Below are positions 29,496-39,258 of a DNA stretch of 64,000 nucleotides, in pieces. This DNA comes from Acidimicrobiia bacterium (GTDB lineage Bacteria > Actinomycetota > Acidimicrobiia > Spongiisociales > ZC4RG35), in the NCBI GenBank assembly GCA_965203555.1, contig CBDBCY010000004.1, positions 1,568,001 through 1,632,000 on the forward strand, given 5' to 3'. Position 1 is the stretch's first letter. Every line of letters begins with the position of its first letter. The position numbers and the translations under genes are program-made. The notes below the pieces were generated by a model. The model saw only the letters and a program-made list of their open reading frames with translations, made no database searches and was not told the origin of the DNA.

Positions 29496-30877
29496 CGGAC
29501 CCCTCCGAACTCATCCCACAGGTTGCGCCACGGACGGTTCTGGTAGGCAATCCGTTTGATGTTGATCAGATGCAAGGCGGTGATGTTGTCGGAGGATATC
29601 GAGCCCGACCAGGTGCCGGTGCCCAGCATGAAGCTCGGCTCCAGATCCACCGAATAGCCCATGCCGCCGTAAAGGCAGGGAGTGTTTACCAGGATCCGCC
29701 CGGCGGGGAGTTTTCCGAACAACGCCACCTCGTCGGGGTCGTGGGAATGAACCGCCAGCGTGTGGCCGATCCCACCGAAGTCCAGAATCTCCTCACACCG
29801 CCGAAACCCGGCCGCCCGATCGGCTTCCTCGTAGAAGGCCAGCACCGGATTGAGCTTCTCGTGAGACAGCAGGTGCTCCCGACCCACCGCTTCCAGTTCG
29901 GCGATCAGCACCCGCGTACCGGGCGGGGTGTCGAAGCCGGCCAGTTCGGCCAGCCGGACCGCCGATTGGCCCACCGTGGAGGGAATGATGCTTCCCCTCT
30001 GCCCGAAGATCACCCGTCCCAGCCGATCCGCTTCCCTCGGCGTGCAGAAGTATCCACCCGCCAGCCGCAGTTCGGTTCGAAGGGCGGGGGCTATCCGCCG
30101 GTGAGCGACTATCGCCTGCTCGGCCACGCAGGCGGTGCCGTAATCGAAAGACTTGGAGTTGATGATCTGCTCGGCCACCTCATCCAACTCGTTGACCATG
30201 GAAGGACCCACATACACGGGGACGTTCCCCGGTCCCACCGCCAAGGTGGGCTTTCCGGACGAGTAGGCGGCCCTCACCATGGCGGTGCCGCCGGTGGCCA
30301 TCACCACCGACGTGCGGCGATGGCGCATCAACTCGCCGCTTCCCTCCAGAGTCACCTCGGTGAGACAGTTGATCAGACCCTTGGGCGCCCCGGCCGCCTC
30401 CGCAGCTTCGGCCATGATTCGGGCGGTCTCCGCGCAGCACCGCACCGCTCGGGGATGGGGAGCGCAGACAATCGCATTACCCGCCTTGACCGCGGAGAGT
30501 ACCTTGAAGATCACGGTCGAGGTCGGGTTGGTGACCGGGATTAGAGCCGCCACCACCCCCATCGGCTCCCCCACCGCCATCACCTTGGTGGTCTCGTCAT
30601 GCCACAGCACTCCCACGCACCGGATCTTGCGAAGCCACTCCCACACTCCCAGGGCGTTATAGAGATTCTTGTACAGCTTGTCCTCGGCATTGCCGTACCG
30701 GGTCTCGACGGCCGCCATCTCTCCCAGCCGACCGCACTCCGGTTCGATGGCCACCACCATCGCTTCCACTATCCGGTCGATGGTTTCCTGGGATGCGCCG
30801 CGGAATCTCTCGAAGGCCGACCGGGCCGACGTAACCGCCTGCCGGGCCTGGGCGATGCTGCGAAGATCAGCGTCCAT
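29492..30877 (-). CDS. acylating aldehyde dehydrogenase (EutE/PduP/AdhE-N family)
   Basis: IPVTNPTST, PHPRA, ATGG..MV..AYSSGKP..VGPGNVP, SKSFDYGTAC, EKLNPVL. Confidence 0.9.
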   Translation of the reverse strand: MDADLRSIAQARQAVTSARSAFERFRGASQETIDRIVEAMVVAIEPECGRLGEMAAVETRYGNAEDKLYKNLYNALGVWEWLRKIRCVGVLWHDETTKVMAVGEPMGVVAALIPVTNPTSTVIFKVLSAVKAGNAIVCAPHPRAVRCCAETARIMAEAAEAAGAPKGLINCLTEVTLEGSGELMRHRRTSVVMATGGTAMVRAAYSSGKPTLAVGPGNVPVYVGPSMVNELDEVAEQIINSKSFDYGTACVAEQAIVAHRRIAPALRTELRLAGGYFCTPREADRLGRVIFGQRGSIIPSTVGQSAVRLAELAGFDTPPGTRVLIAELEAVGREHLLSHEKLNPVLAFYEEADRAAGFRRCEEILDFGGIGHTLAVHSHDPDEVALFGKLPAGRILVNTPCLYGGMGYSVDLEPSFMLGTGTWSGSISSDNITALHLINIKRIAYQNRPWRNLWDEFGGVR

Positions 30878-30882
30878 TGCTC

Positions 30883-32013
30883 CTATCCCGCCCTTCCCAC
30901 CGACCGCCGCACCGCGTCCAGATCGGCGTCGGCCCATCCCAGGGCCTCCAGACGACGGCCCTCGGCCATCAGATCACGTCCGCACATGGCCGACACCACC
31001 GTCACCAACGACGAGGTGACCGGCACCGGGACGGAAGCCAGTGCGGCCGCCGAGCAGAGCGACACCAGCGACCCCGCCGCACCATCCAGCACCGAACGAC
31101 GCAGAGCCTCCCCCTCGGATCCCGCGGCGGTGTTTGCTATCGGCGCCTGAGGAGCGCGAACTCCCCAGCGGGCCGCGACCGATGCCCGCTCCCCCCGGAG
31201 AGCCTCCACCAGGGCTTCGGTCTCAGGTGAAGGCGCGGCAGGACGCGCCAGGGGGGTTGCGCCCGGCAGCAACTCCCCGGGAGTCTCCCGGGTCAGGGGG
31301 CCGTCCAGAATCCCTCCGGGCACCACCGACCAGGAACTCTCGGTGAGACTGGTGTGCAGGACGGTGGGCAACAGGTCCATCGCCGGGAAGAATCCCGCCA
31401 ACGATTGGCGAGCCCCCTCGCCCCGGTCAGCCGGGTAGGCCGCCAGGGCTGCTCCGGAAGGGGAGTCCGACCACCGTAACCGACCGGTCCCCGAGGCAAC
31501 CACCGAGAACGGACAGGATTGCAACTCGACCAGGGTTATCGCTTCGTTTGACCCTCCCGTACGCAGCCACCAGGCCATCTCCAAGGCCCCGAAGGTGCGG
31601 CCCGGCGATATTGCCACGGTTTGCCCCTCGTTCAGCAGGCCGGCCAGCCGCATTCCCACCGCTCGCTGGTCGGTCAGAGATCCCACCACCAGCACCAGAT
31701 CGGTCCCGGCCACGGCCTGATCCATCCAGGGGATGGGACGAATGGCGTGATCGGCTTCGGGATCCACCCGGTAGTTTCCCACCGGACCGCCGTCCCGCAC
31801 CGAGATCCCGGAAGAGGTGAGCCGGGCTGCTTCTTTCCCCCTCGACGTCCACCAGCGGACCCGGGCGTCGCCGGCCGCAAATCCGGCCGCATACGCCCAC
31901 GCCTGGGCACCCGATCCCAATACCGCGATCTCGCTCCACGCGGGAGCGGGGACCGGGTGTTCGGACGTGGTGGCGCTCAGAGCGGCTACGACCGCCTCAA
32001 AGTCAGACAACAC
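30883..32013 (-). CDS. NAD/NADP octopine/nopaline (opine) dehydrogenase-like protein
   Basis: IAVLGSGA Rossmann start, PGRTFGALE, C-terminal VPVPVT.....S...GRDL..EGR.LEALG; divergent. Confidence 0.65.
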   Translation of the reverse strand: MLSDFEAVVAALSATTSEHPVPAPAWSEIAVLGSGAQAWAYAAGFAAGDARVRWWTSRGKEAARLTSSGISVRDGGPVGNYRVDPEADHAIRPIPWMDQAVAGTDLVLVVGSLTDQRAVGMRLAGLLNEGQTVAISPGRTFGALEMAWWLRTGGSNEAITLVELQSCPFSVVASGTGRLRWSDSPSGAALAAYPADRGEGARQSLAGFFPAMDLLPTVLHTSLTESSWSVVPGGILDGPLTRETPGELLPGATPLARPAAPSPETEALVEALRGERASVAARWGVRAPQAPIANTAAGSEGEALRRSVLDGAAGSLVSLCSAAALASVPVPVTSSLVTVVSAMCGRDLMAEGRRLEALGWADADLDAVRRSVGRAG

Positions 32014-32032
32014 TCAGTTCCGAAAGGTGTTT

Positions 32033-32317
32033 TCAGGACCTTCCGCCCAGTTGTGGCAGCATCTCGACCCCCGCATCGGGACGGGCAATCACGTGGACAG
32101 CCACAACTTCGCCCACTTTGTTGGCGGCGACTGCGCCCGCGTCGGTGGAGGCTTTCACCGCTCCCACTTCTCCTCGTACGAAGACCGACACCAGGCCGCC
32201 TCCGATCTTTTCCAGCGCCACCAAATCGACGTTGGCGGACTTCAACATGGCGTCAGCAGCTTCCACGGCGGCAACCATGCCCCGGGTCTCAATCATGCCT
32301 AAAGCTATTTTGTCCAA
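32033..32317 (-). CDS. BMC-H shell hexamer (EutM/PduA/CcmK-like)
   Basis: [47 protein letters not shown]. Confidence 0.96.
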   Translation of the reverse strand: MDKIALGMIETRGMVAAVEAADAMLKSANVDLVALEKIGGGLVSVFVRGEVGAVKASTDAGAVAANKVGEVVAVHVIARPDAGVEMLPQLGGRS

Positions 32318-32380
32318 GGCTTCTCTCCTTAGTGTTCGGCTGTTGGCGGGGCCACTGGGGGTCCCGGTTTTGGTCTGTTG

Positions 32381-32641
32381 TTACTTGGCTCTCTTGACAT
32401 CGTCAACGATCATCACCGCCGCCGCATCGGTGGGAAGACCCCGGAGAGCGGCGGCCTGGCGGGCCGCCGATCCCTCGGCGACCAGGATCAATTCTCCCGC
32501 CCCCGCTCCGACCGCATCGGCCACCACCGTCTCCTCACCGCCCTCGTCTTCCACCGACTCGGCCAGCAGCAGGGTCACCCCCTGGAGGCCGGGGTCCTTG
32601 ATGGTCCCGGTCACCTTGCCCGTGACACGGCAGAGACGCAT
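32381..32641 (-). CDS. BMC-P vertex pentamer (EutN/CcmL)
   Basis: MRLCRVTGKVTGTIKDPGL.G..VADAVGAGAGE..EGSAAR..DAAAVMIVD. Confidence 0.93.
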   Translation of the reverse strand: MRLCRVTGKVTGTIKDPGLQGVTLLLAESVEDEGGEETVVADAVGAGAGELILVAEGSAARQAAALRGLPTDAAAVMIVDDVKRAK

Positions 32642-32645
32642 CTGA

Positions 32646-33956
32646 TCAAAAGGCTTCCAGATAACGGTCCCGCTCCACTTGGGTGACATCGTTCTGCCAT
32701 CCTTCCGGGTCGGACTCCACCATGAAATTGTGTTCCCGCTCGGCTTGCTGGACCAAGGTGATGCGCAGCGGCTCGGGAAGGACTTCGGCGATCAACTCGG
32801 AGCCTTGGAACAACTCCACGGCGGTCGGGATATCGCTGGGAAGACGTTGGTGGCGAGTGGCGCCGTAGCCGTCGCTCAATTCCTTCTCGGTGGGCTCGGC
32901 GCCTTCGGCGATTCCCTTCAGGCCCGCCGCAAGTTGCACGGCGGTCAACAGGTAGGGATTGGCGTCGGAGGATCCGTCCCGCTGCTCGATGCGGGTGGAA
33001 CTTTCGCTGCCCTCGATCACTCTCAGTCCCACCGTGCGATTGTCCCCGCCCCAGGCGTTGTTGGCGGGGCAGAAGGTGTAGTCTTGCCGACGCTTCATGG
33101 CGTTGGGAGTGGGAGCGGATATGAGGGCGGTCTCCGCCATGTGCTGCTGGAGTCCCCCCAGATAGGAACGTCCCAGCGCCGACAGGCGACCCGCGTCGGA
33201 GAAGACGTTTCTTCCGTCCTTCCACAGCGACTGGTGCATGTGGAAACTGTTTCCCGATTCCATGAAGAAGGGCTTGGCCATGAAAGTGGCCAGGTATCCG
33301 TGGTTGTAGGCGATCTCCTTGACCGCGTTGCGAAACAGCATGGCGTTGTCGGCGGAGACCATCGCCTCCCGGTAACGAAGGTTGATCTCGATCTGCCCGG
33401 GGGCGTATTCGGGATTGGACATCTCCACCTGGATGCCCATCTCGGTGCAGAGATTGCGGATCGGCCCCACGACATGCTCGAACATGGCGCCCCGGGCCAG
33501 TCCGTAGACGGAGATCCCCGAATCCACCAGGTTCTTGGTCTCCAAATCGAGCAGGTAGAACTCGAATTCCACCCCGGTCATCACCTCGTAACCCTGGTCG
33601 GCGGCCCTGTCGAGCTGCTCAACCAGGACGTTGCGCGGGTCACAGACCACCGGACTCCCGTCCGTCTCCTCCGCTCGGCCGACTACCAGCACGACTCCTT
33701 CCTCCCAGGGGACCCGTCTCATGGTCTCGATCATCGGAACGACGTGGAAGTCGGCGTAGCCGTTCTCGAAGTTGGCGTACGGAGTGTCCCAGATGTCGTT
33801 GGTCACATCCATCTGGAAGATCGCGTTACACATTCCTATCCCGTGCTTGAATTCCTCCCACACCCCGGCGTGCATCCGCTTGCCCCGGGCGATCCCATTC
33901 AAGTCCCCCAGAGCGACGATTACCGTGTGAGTGCCCTTCGGCAACGATTTAGCCAC
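32646..33956 (-). CDS. glutamine synthetase-family gamma-glutamyl:amine ligase (PuuA/GlnA2-4-like)
   Basis: DLNGIARGK, GVEFEF, EYAPGQIEIN, ATFMAKP, GNSFHMHQS, WGGDNR, RIEQR, ANPYL. Confidence 0.88.
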   Translation of the reverse strand: MAKSLPKGTHTVIVALGDLNGIARGKRMHAGVWEEFKHGIGMCNAIFQMDVTNDIWDTPYANFENGYADFHVVPMIETMRRVPWEEGVVLVVGRAEETDGSPVVCDPRNVLVEQLDRAADQGYEVMTGVEFEFYLLDLETKNLVDSGISVYGLARGAMFEHVVGPIRNLCTEMGIQVEMSNPEYAPGQIEINLRYREAMVSADNAMLFRNAVKEIAYNHGYLATFMAKPFFMESGNSFHMHQSLWKDGRNVFSDAGRLSALGRSYLGGLQQHMAETALISAPTPNAMKRRQDYTFCPANNAWGGDNRTVGLRVIEGSESSTRIEQRDGSSDANPYLLTAVQLAAGLKGIAEGAEPTEKELSDGYGATRHQRLPSDIPTAVELFQGSELIAEVLPEPLRITLVQQAEREHNFMVESDPEGWQNDVTQVERDRYLEAF

Positions 33957-34079
33957 GGAACTCTCCTCTCTGTACCGTGTTTGATGTTCTTGGTGGGATT
34001 CTGCTTCTTCCTGCCTCCCAACAAGTAGCGGTATACCATCATAGTGGAATCTTCATCAACCGGGGGTTGGAGGAAGCCC

Positions 34080-35222
34080 TTGAGACGAGCCGTCGAAGCG
34101 GTGGTGGTGGGCGCGGGAATAGCCGGGGCCATGACCGCCCTGTATCTGCGCCGCGCCGGACTATCGGTGTGCCTGGTCGACGCCTGGGATCCCGGCCACG
34201 CCAGAGCCGCTTCCTCCGGAGTCCATCGGCTGATCCGATCCACCCACGGGACCGACGAACTCTACACCCTGTGGAGCAGAGAAGCCCGCCTGCGCTGGAT
34301 GGAGTTGTCCCAACAACTCGGACAACAGTTCTATTACGAATCGGGGGTGGTGATCCTGGCGGCGGAGGGTCACTCCCAGTGGGAGGATGCCACCCAGGAC
34401 ACCTTTTCGCGACTGGGCATACCTTTCTTCATCGTTCCCCCTCACGAACTGCCTATCAGGTTGCCGGTGGTAAACCCCCGGGGGATCTCCTACGGGCTGT
34501 GGGAGCCCGAGGCCGGATTCATCATGTCCCGGGACGCCTTGGTGGCGACGGTGGACCTGTTCAGATCCGAAGGAGGCACGTTCATGCGAGGCAAGGTGGA
34601 AACCGACGAGAACGAGCGTCCCATCCTCAATGGAAAACCCCTGCAAGCCGATCTGGTGGTCATGGCCTGCGGGGCCTGGATGGGCAGGCTGTTCCCCCGC
34701 ACGCTGGGCAGGCTTCTGGCCATTGTCCGGCAGGATGTGATCCTGGTATCCCCGTCGGCAGGCGATACCCGGTACGACTGGCGGAACATGCCCGGATGGA
34801 TCGACCACGGTTACCCCGCCTACGGAGTGCCCGCCGTCAAGGGTCACGGTTTCAAGGCGGCCTTTGCCTGGCACCACGGCATGATGGACATAGACAGTTC
34901 CGACCGGGTGACCGATCCCTCCACCGTGGCGAGGTGCCGCCGCTACCTGGCCACCCGCTTTCCGGAGTTGGCCGACTCGGTGATAACCGACCAGAAGGTG
35001 TGCCAGATCGTCAACACGCCGGATCGGCACTTCGTCATCGATCGCCACCCCGACCATGAGGACCTGGTGCTGGTTACCGGCGGGTCGGGACACCTCTACA
35101 AGCACGGACCGGTGCTGGGCGATTTCGTAGCGGGGTTTGCTCTCGGCAAGCACGGGACCAACCGGCGTTTCCGGCTGGGCCACGCCCGCACCGCTTCATC
35201 GGCTTCCGACGACCCTCAATAG
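34080..35222 (+). CDS. FAD-dependent amine oxidoreductase (sarcosine oxidase/DAO family)
   Basis: VVVGAGIAG, TPDRHFVIDRHP, GGSGH.YKHGPVLG; divergent from the BMC operon. Confidence 0.85.
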   Translation: MRRAVEAVVVGAGIAGAMTALYLRRAGLSVCLVDAWDPGHARAASSGVHRLIRSTHGTDELYTLWSREARLRWMELSQQLGQQFYYESGVVILAAEGHSQWEDATQDTFSRLGIPFFIVPPHELPIRLPVVNPRGISYGLWEPEAGFIMSRDALVATVDLFRSEGGTFMRGKVETDENERPILNGKPLQADLVVMACGAWMGRLFPRTLGRLLAIVRQDVILVSPSAGDTRYDWRNMPGWIDHGYPAYGVPAVKGHGFKAAFAWHHGMMDIDSSDRVTDPSTVARCRRYLATRFPELADSVITDQKVCQIVNTPDRHFVIDRHPDHEDLVLVTGGSGHLYKHGPVLGDFVAGFALGKHGTNRRFRLGHARTASSASDDPQ

Positions 35223-35251
35223 ACATCCCGGTCGCGCCGGGCCGGCGGGAG

Positions 35252-35274
35252 TTGTCACACCCCCGTCGTACATT
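35252..35274 (+). promoter_or_regulatory. RecA-NDp/PafBC-like promoter motif upstream of dnaB
   Basis: TTGTCAC-ACCCCCGTCG-TACATT. Confidence 0.55.
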
Positions 35275-35462
35275 CGGAACTGTGAAAAAATCTCCCGAAA
35301 GTCAACAAAAAACCTCCTAAACCGTCAAAAGTCCAAACTACCTGCTAGAACCCCTCTGCTGATTCAAAGTTGCGAAAGCCGATGCTAAGTCGGGAAAACT
35401 CGTCATTTACTTTTCGTTAATGGACACAACTTGTAACCGGTGCGATAAGAGACTCCATCCAT

Positions 35463-36872
35463 ATGGCATACGACAGATATCCCGAAGATGAATACCCGGA
35501 CCACCCACCCCCGCGGGGAAGGGTAGGGCGAGTACCTCCACACTCCAGGGAGGCCGAGGAGTCGGTGCTGGGAGCGATCCTGTTGAGCCGGTCCGCCACC
35601 AACCAGGTAATGGAACGGCTGGAAGCCGACGACTTCTACGAGCCGATCCACGGGTTGGTGTTCGAAGCCGCCCGCCGACTCTTCGACGAAGGCAGGGCCA
35701 TTGATGTCCTGACCCTGGCCGAGGAACTGCGGCGCACCGATTCCCTGGAGAAAATCGGGGGGCATGAGAGACTGGCCGATCTCAGCCAAAGCGTCCCCAA
35801 CATTTCACATGCCGACCGGTATGCGGCCATCGTGCTGGAACACGCCCAGAGAAGGCGACTGATCGAGGTGAGTCAGCGGGTCACCGATCTGGCCATGAAC
35901 CTGGACCAGACCACCGACACGGTGATCGATCAGGCCGAGCGGATGATGCTGGAAGTCAACGACGAGTCGGTCGAGGAAGGACTCCAGCCGGTCAGGAACC
36001 TGATGAAGGGCGTCTTTGAGGGAATAGAGCGCCAGGGGAACGAACTTCCCGGACTGGCGACCGGGCTGAAGGATCTCGACGACAAGCTGATGGGTCTCAA
36101 CCCGGGAATCTTCCTGGTGGTGGCGGGCCGTCCCTCGATGGGCAAATCGGCCTTCGCCCAAACCCTCGCCTCCCACACGGCGCAGGAAGGGGGCGTAGTC
36201 GCCCTGTTCTCGCTGGAAATGTCGAAGGAGGAGGTCTTGACCCGCCTTCTGTCCATGGTCGGCGAGGTGAACTCGTCTCGCCTCCGGTCAGGGGTGGCGA
36301 ATAACCAGCGGCTGTGGGACAGACTCTTGGAGGCGGGAGGAAAGATCCACGATTGGAAGCTCTACCTGGACGACACGCCGGATCCCACCGTTACGGAGAT
36401 ACGGGCAAAGTGCCGCAGGCTCCGCCACGACGAAGGCCTGGATCTGGTAGTTGTGGACTACCTGCAGTTGATGCCCTCCGGCGGCAGTTCCTCTTCAAGA
36501 AACCCCGAGAACCGCCAACAGGAAATAGCCGAGGTGTCCCGTTCCCTGAAGGCCCTCGCCAGGGAGTTGGACGTGCCCGTTATCGGCATCTCCCAACTGA
36601 ACCGGGCAGTCGAGCTTCGCAAGGACAAGCGACCCATGCTGTCGGATCTGAGGGAATCAGGCGCAATCGAACAGGATGCCGACATCGTGCTGTTGCTGTT
36701 CCGGCCCAAGTACTACGACAAGAATATGCAGGACGACGTGGCTGAAGTCATCGTCGCCAAACACCGGTCCGGCCCCACCGGCATGGTGCGAACCGCTTTC
36801 GCCCAGGAATACACCCTCTTTCGGAATTACACCGGAGAACTCCCCCCGGACGAGGACCAGGGCTACCGGTAG
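35463..36872 (+). CDS. dnaB: replicative DNA helicase
   Basis: PPHSREAEESVLG, GRPSMGKS, FSLEM, VDYLQL, SQLNR, SDLRESGAIEQDAD. Confidence 0.97.
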   Translation: MAYDRYPEDEYPDHPPPRGRVGRVPPHSREAEESVLGAILLSRSATNQVMERLEADDFYEPIHGLVFEAARRLFDEGRAIDVLTLAEELRRTDSLEKIGGHERLADLSQSVPNISHADRYAAIVLEHAQRRRLIEVSQRVTDLAMNLDQTTDTVIDQAERMMLEVNDESVEEGLQPVRNLMKGVFEGIERQGNELPGLATGLKDLDDKLMGLNPGIFLVVAGRPSMGKSAFAQTLASHTAQEGGVVALFSLEMSKEEVLTRLLSMVGEVNSSRLRSGVANNQRLWDRLLEAGGKIHDWKLYLDDTPDPTVTEIRAKCRRLRHDEGLDLVVVDYLQLMPSGGSSSSRNPENRQQEIAEVSRSLKALARELDVPVIGISQLNRAVELRKDKRPMLSDLRESGAIEQDADIVLLLFRPKYYDKNMQDDVAEVIVAKHRSGPTGMVRTAFAQEYTLFRNYTGELPPDEDQGYR

Positions 36873-36927
36873 ATACCGGTCCCATCCGAAAGTTTCGCCA
36901 CCCGGCTGTCATCCCCCGGGTCCGGTG

Positions 36928-39219
36928 TCAACCCGCGGTAGTGGTGGTCGTCTCCTCCGGTTCGCCGCCCGGCTCTCCCGTGGTGGGGGTGGTGTCCTCG
37001 GATCCGGTCTCAGGGTCCCCGGTGGTGGGGGTGGTGTCCTCGGATCCGGTCTCAGGGTCCCCGGTGGTGGAAGTCGTCTCGCCGACCCCTTCCGAGACAA
37101 CCACCAGCACCGGACTTCCGGCTTCGATGCTCTCCCCCGCCCCCGGCTCGGTCCGGACAACCCCCCCGGCGGGCACCGACTCGGAAACCTCCGTCGCCTC
37201 CACCCAGCCCAGACCCGCCTCTGACAAGGCCACCAACGCATCGCTGCTTGCCAACCCCACCACGTCGGGTATCACCAGGAAGCCCAAGCCTTCGGAGATC
37301 ACCACCGAAACCTGGCCGCCGGACTCCACCCTCTCTCCCGCCCCCGGCTCGGTCCGGATAACCCCCCCGGCGGGCACCGACTCGGAAACCTCTCTCACCT
37401 CCACCCACCGCAGTCCCGATTGCGCGAGAACAACCAGGGCCTCGCTGCTCGGCAGCCCCACCACATTGGGAACCACCACCAATCCCACCTCGGGCGCCGG
37501 CTCGGTACTTGCGGAAATGACGACCACCACCTGATCGGTGGCGGCGATTCCACCACCAGCGCCCGGTTCGGTCCGGATGACCTGACCGGCGGGCACCGTC
37601 TCCGAACTCTCGATGGTCTCCACCCATCTCAAGCCTGATTGAGCCAACACCGAGAGAGCCTCGCTGCCGGGCAATCCCACCACGTCGGGGACGACCATCA
37701 AGCCGGGACCGGTTGCCACCACGAGGTCGATCGGCGTCCTTGTCGGCAGGAGCGGTCCGGGCAGGGGGTTCTGGTCCACAACAGTCCCCACCTGGCGGCC
37801 GCTGTTCTCCATGAATTCGACTTGGCCCACCAAGAATCCCTGGGCGAGTATCAGGTTCTCCGCGGTGCCCTGCGTCTGGCCGATGACCAAAGGAACGTCG
37901 AATCTCTCCAGACCGCTGGAGACCACCACCTCCACCTCGGTTCGAGATTCCACCCGGACCCCGGCCGCAGGATTGGTGGCGATCACCCGGCCCTCCGGCA
38001 TTTCCTCGCTGCTCTGACGCACCACCCGCACGATCAACTCCGACTCCTGGATGGAGGCGAAGGCATCCGTTTCCCATCTGCCCACCACATCGGGGATGGC
38101 GACCATCACCGCGCCAGGCTGCGGCGCCGGCGCCTGAAGGAGATTCCACACCACCCAGCTCAGGCCGGCCAGGGCCACAAGCAGCACCAGGACTCCCATC
38201 ACGAACGGCAGCGGCACAGAACGCCGCTCCTGCATGGGCGAGTGGTAGCTCTGGGAGAGCAACCTTCCCCCGCGGGGCGCCCGGGCAGGCATTCTCGTGG
38301 CGGGAACCGGTTGCCTGACCATCACCGGAGGCTGTTGGGGAGCAGGGGGGGCAACCGAAGGCTGTTCCCCGGCGGCGCCGGGCAAATCCTCCCCCCTCAG
38401 CCATGCCTCCAGATCCTGGAGGAAGGGCTCCGTGTCCTGGTAGCGATTGTCGGGATCCTTGCTCAGCGCCCTGAGCACGATTAGATCCAGCTCCGGAGGC
38501 AGATCCCGATTGCGATGCGAAGGCGGTGGCACCTCCGCCGAGACGTGCTGATAGGCGACCGACATCGGTGTCTCACCCCGGAAGGGGGGGCGACCCACCA
38601 GCATTTCGTAGAGAACGACCCCCAACGAGTAGATGTCCGAGCGCATGTCCGCCGGTTTTCCCTGGGCCTGTTCGGGGCTGAAGTAAGTGGCGGTCCCGAT
38701 CACCGATCCGGTTTGAGTCAGTTCCGTCGCTTGATTCCAGGCCCGCGCTATTCCGAAGTCGGCCACCTTCACGGTTCCGTCCGAGGTAAGCATGATGTTC
38801 CCCGGTTTCACATCGCGATGAATCACGCCCAATCGGTGGGCAATGGCCAGGGCCAGAACAACCTGGCGGACAATTTCGACCGCCCTCCGAGGCGGGAAGG
38901 GCTTCCCATCGCCGGTGATATCCCGCAGACAATCCCCTTCCACCAATTCCATGACCATGAAATAGGCGCCCTCCGCCTCTCCCCAGTCGTAGATCCCCAC
39001 TATGTTGGGATGGTTCAGGTTGGCCGCCGATTGGGCCTCGCGGCGGAACCTTCTTACAAAGGATTCATCCTCGCTGTGAGATCTGGGGAGGAGTTTGACG
39101 GCCACTCGTCTGCCCAGGGCCAGATCCACCGCCAAATAGACGTCGGACATGCCCCCTCTAGCCAAATGGCTTACCAATCGGTAGCGATCAGCCAGGGTAT
39201 AGGGGAGTTCCATCTCCAT
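36928..39219 (-). CDS. pknB: Ser/Thr kinase with five PASTA repeats (PknB-like)
   Basis: HRDVKPGN, DFGIAR, GTATYFSPEQAQG, TM helix, VPDVVG-type PASTA repeats. Confidence 0.92.
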   Translation of the reverse strand: MEMELPYTLADRYRLVSHLARGGMSDVYLAVDLALGRRVAVKLLPRSHSEDESFVRRFRREAQSAANLNHPNIVGIYDWGEAEGAYFMVMELVEGDCLRDITGDGKPFPPRRAVEIVRQVVLALAIAHRLGVIHRDVKPGNIMLTSDGTVKVADFGIARAWNQATELTQTGSVIGTATYFSPEQAQGKPADMRSDIYSLGVVLYEMLVGRPPFRGETPMSVAYQHVSAEVPPPSHRNRDLPPELDLIVLRALSKDPDNRYQDTEPFLQDLEAWLRGEDLPGAAGEQPSVAPPAPQQPPVMVRQPVPATRMPARAPRGGRLLSQSYHSPMQERRSVPLPFVMGVLVLLVALAGLSWVVWNLLQAPAPQPGAVMVAIPDVVGRWETDAFASIQESELIVRVVRQSSEEMPEGRVIATNPAAGVRVESRTEVEVVVSSGLERFDVPLVIGQTQGTAENLILAQGFLVGQVEFMENSGRQVGTVVDQNPLPGPLLPTRTPIDLVVATGPGLMVVPDVVGLPGSEALSVLAQSGLRWVETIESSETVPAGQVIRTEPGAGGGIAATDQVVVVISASTEPAPEVGLVVVPNVVGLPSSEALVVLAQSGLRWVEVREVSESVPAGGVIRTEPGAGERVESGGQVSVVISEGLGFLVIPDVVGLASSDALVALSEAGLGWVEATEVSESVPAGGVVRTEPGAGESIEAGSPVLVVVSEGVGETTSTTGDPETGSEDTTPTTGDPETGSEDTTPTTGEPGGEPEETTTTTAG

Positions 39220-39258
39220 AGGCGATGATAGAAAGGCCAACTTTGCCAATAACCCTTC

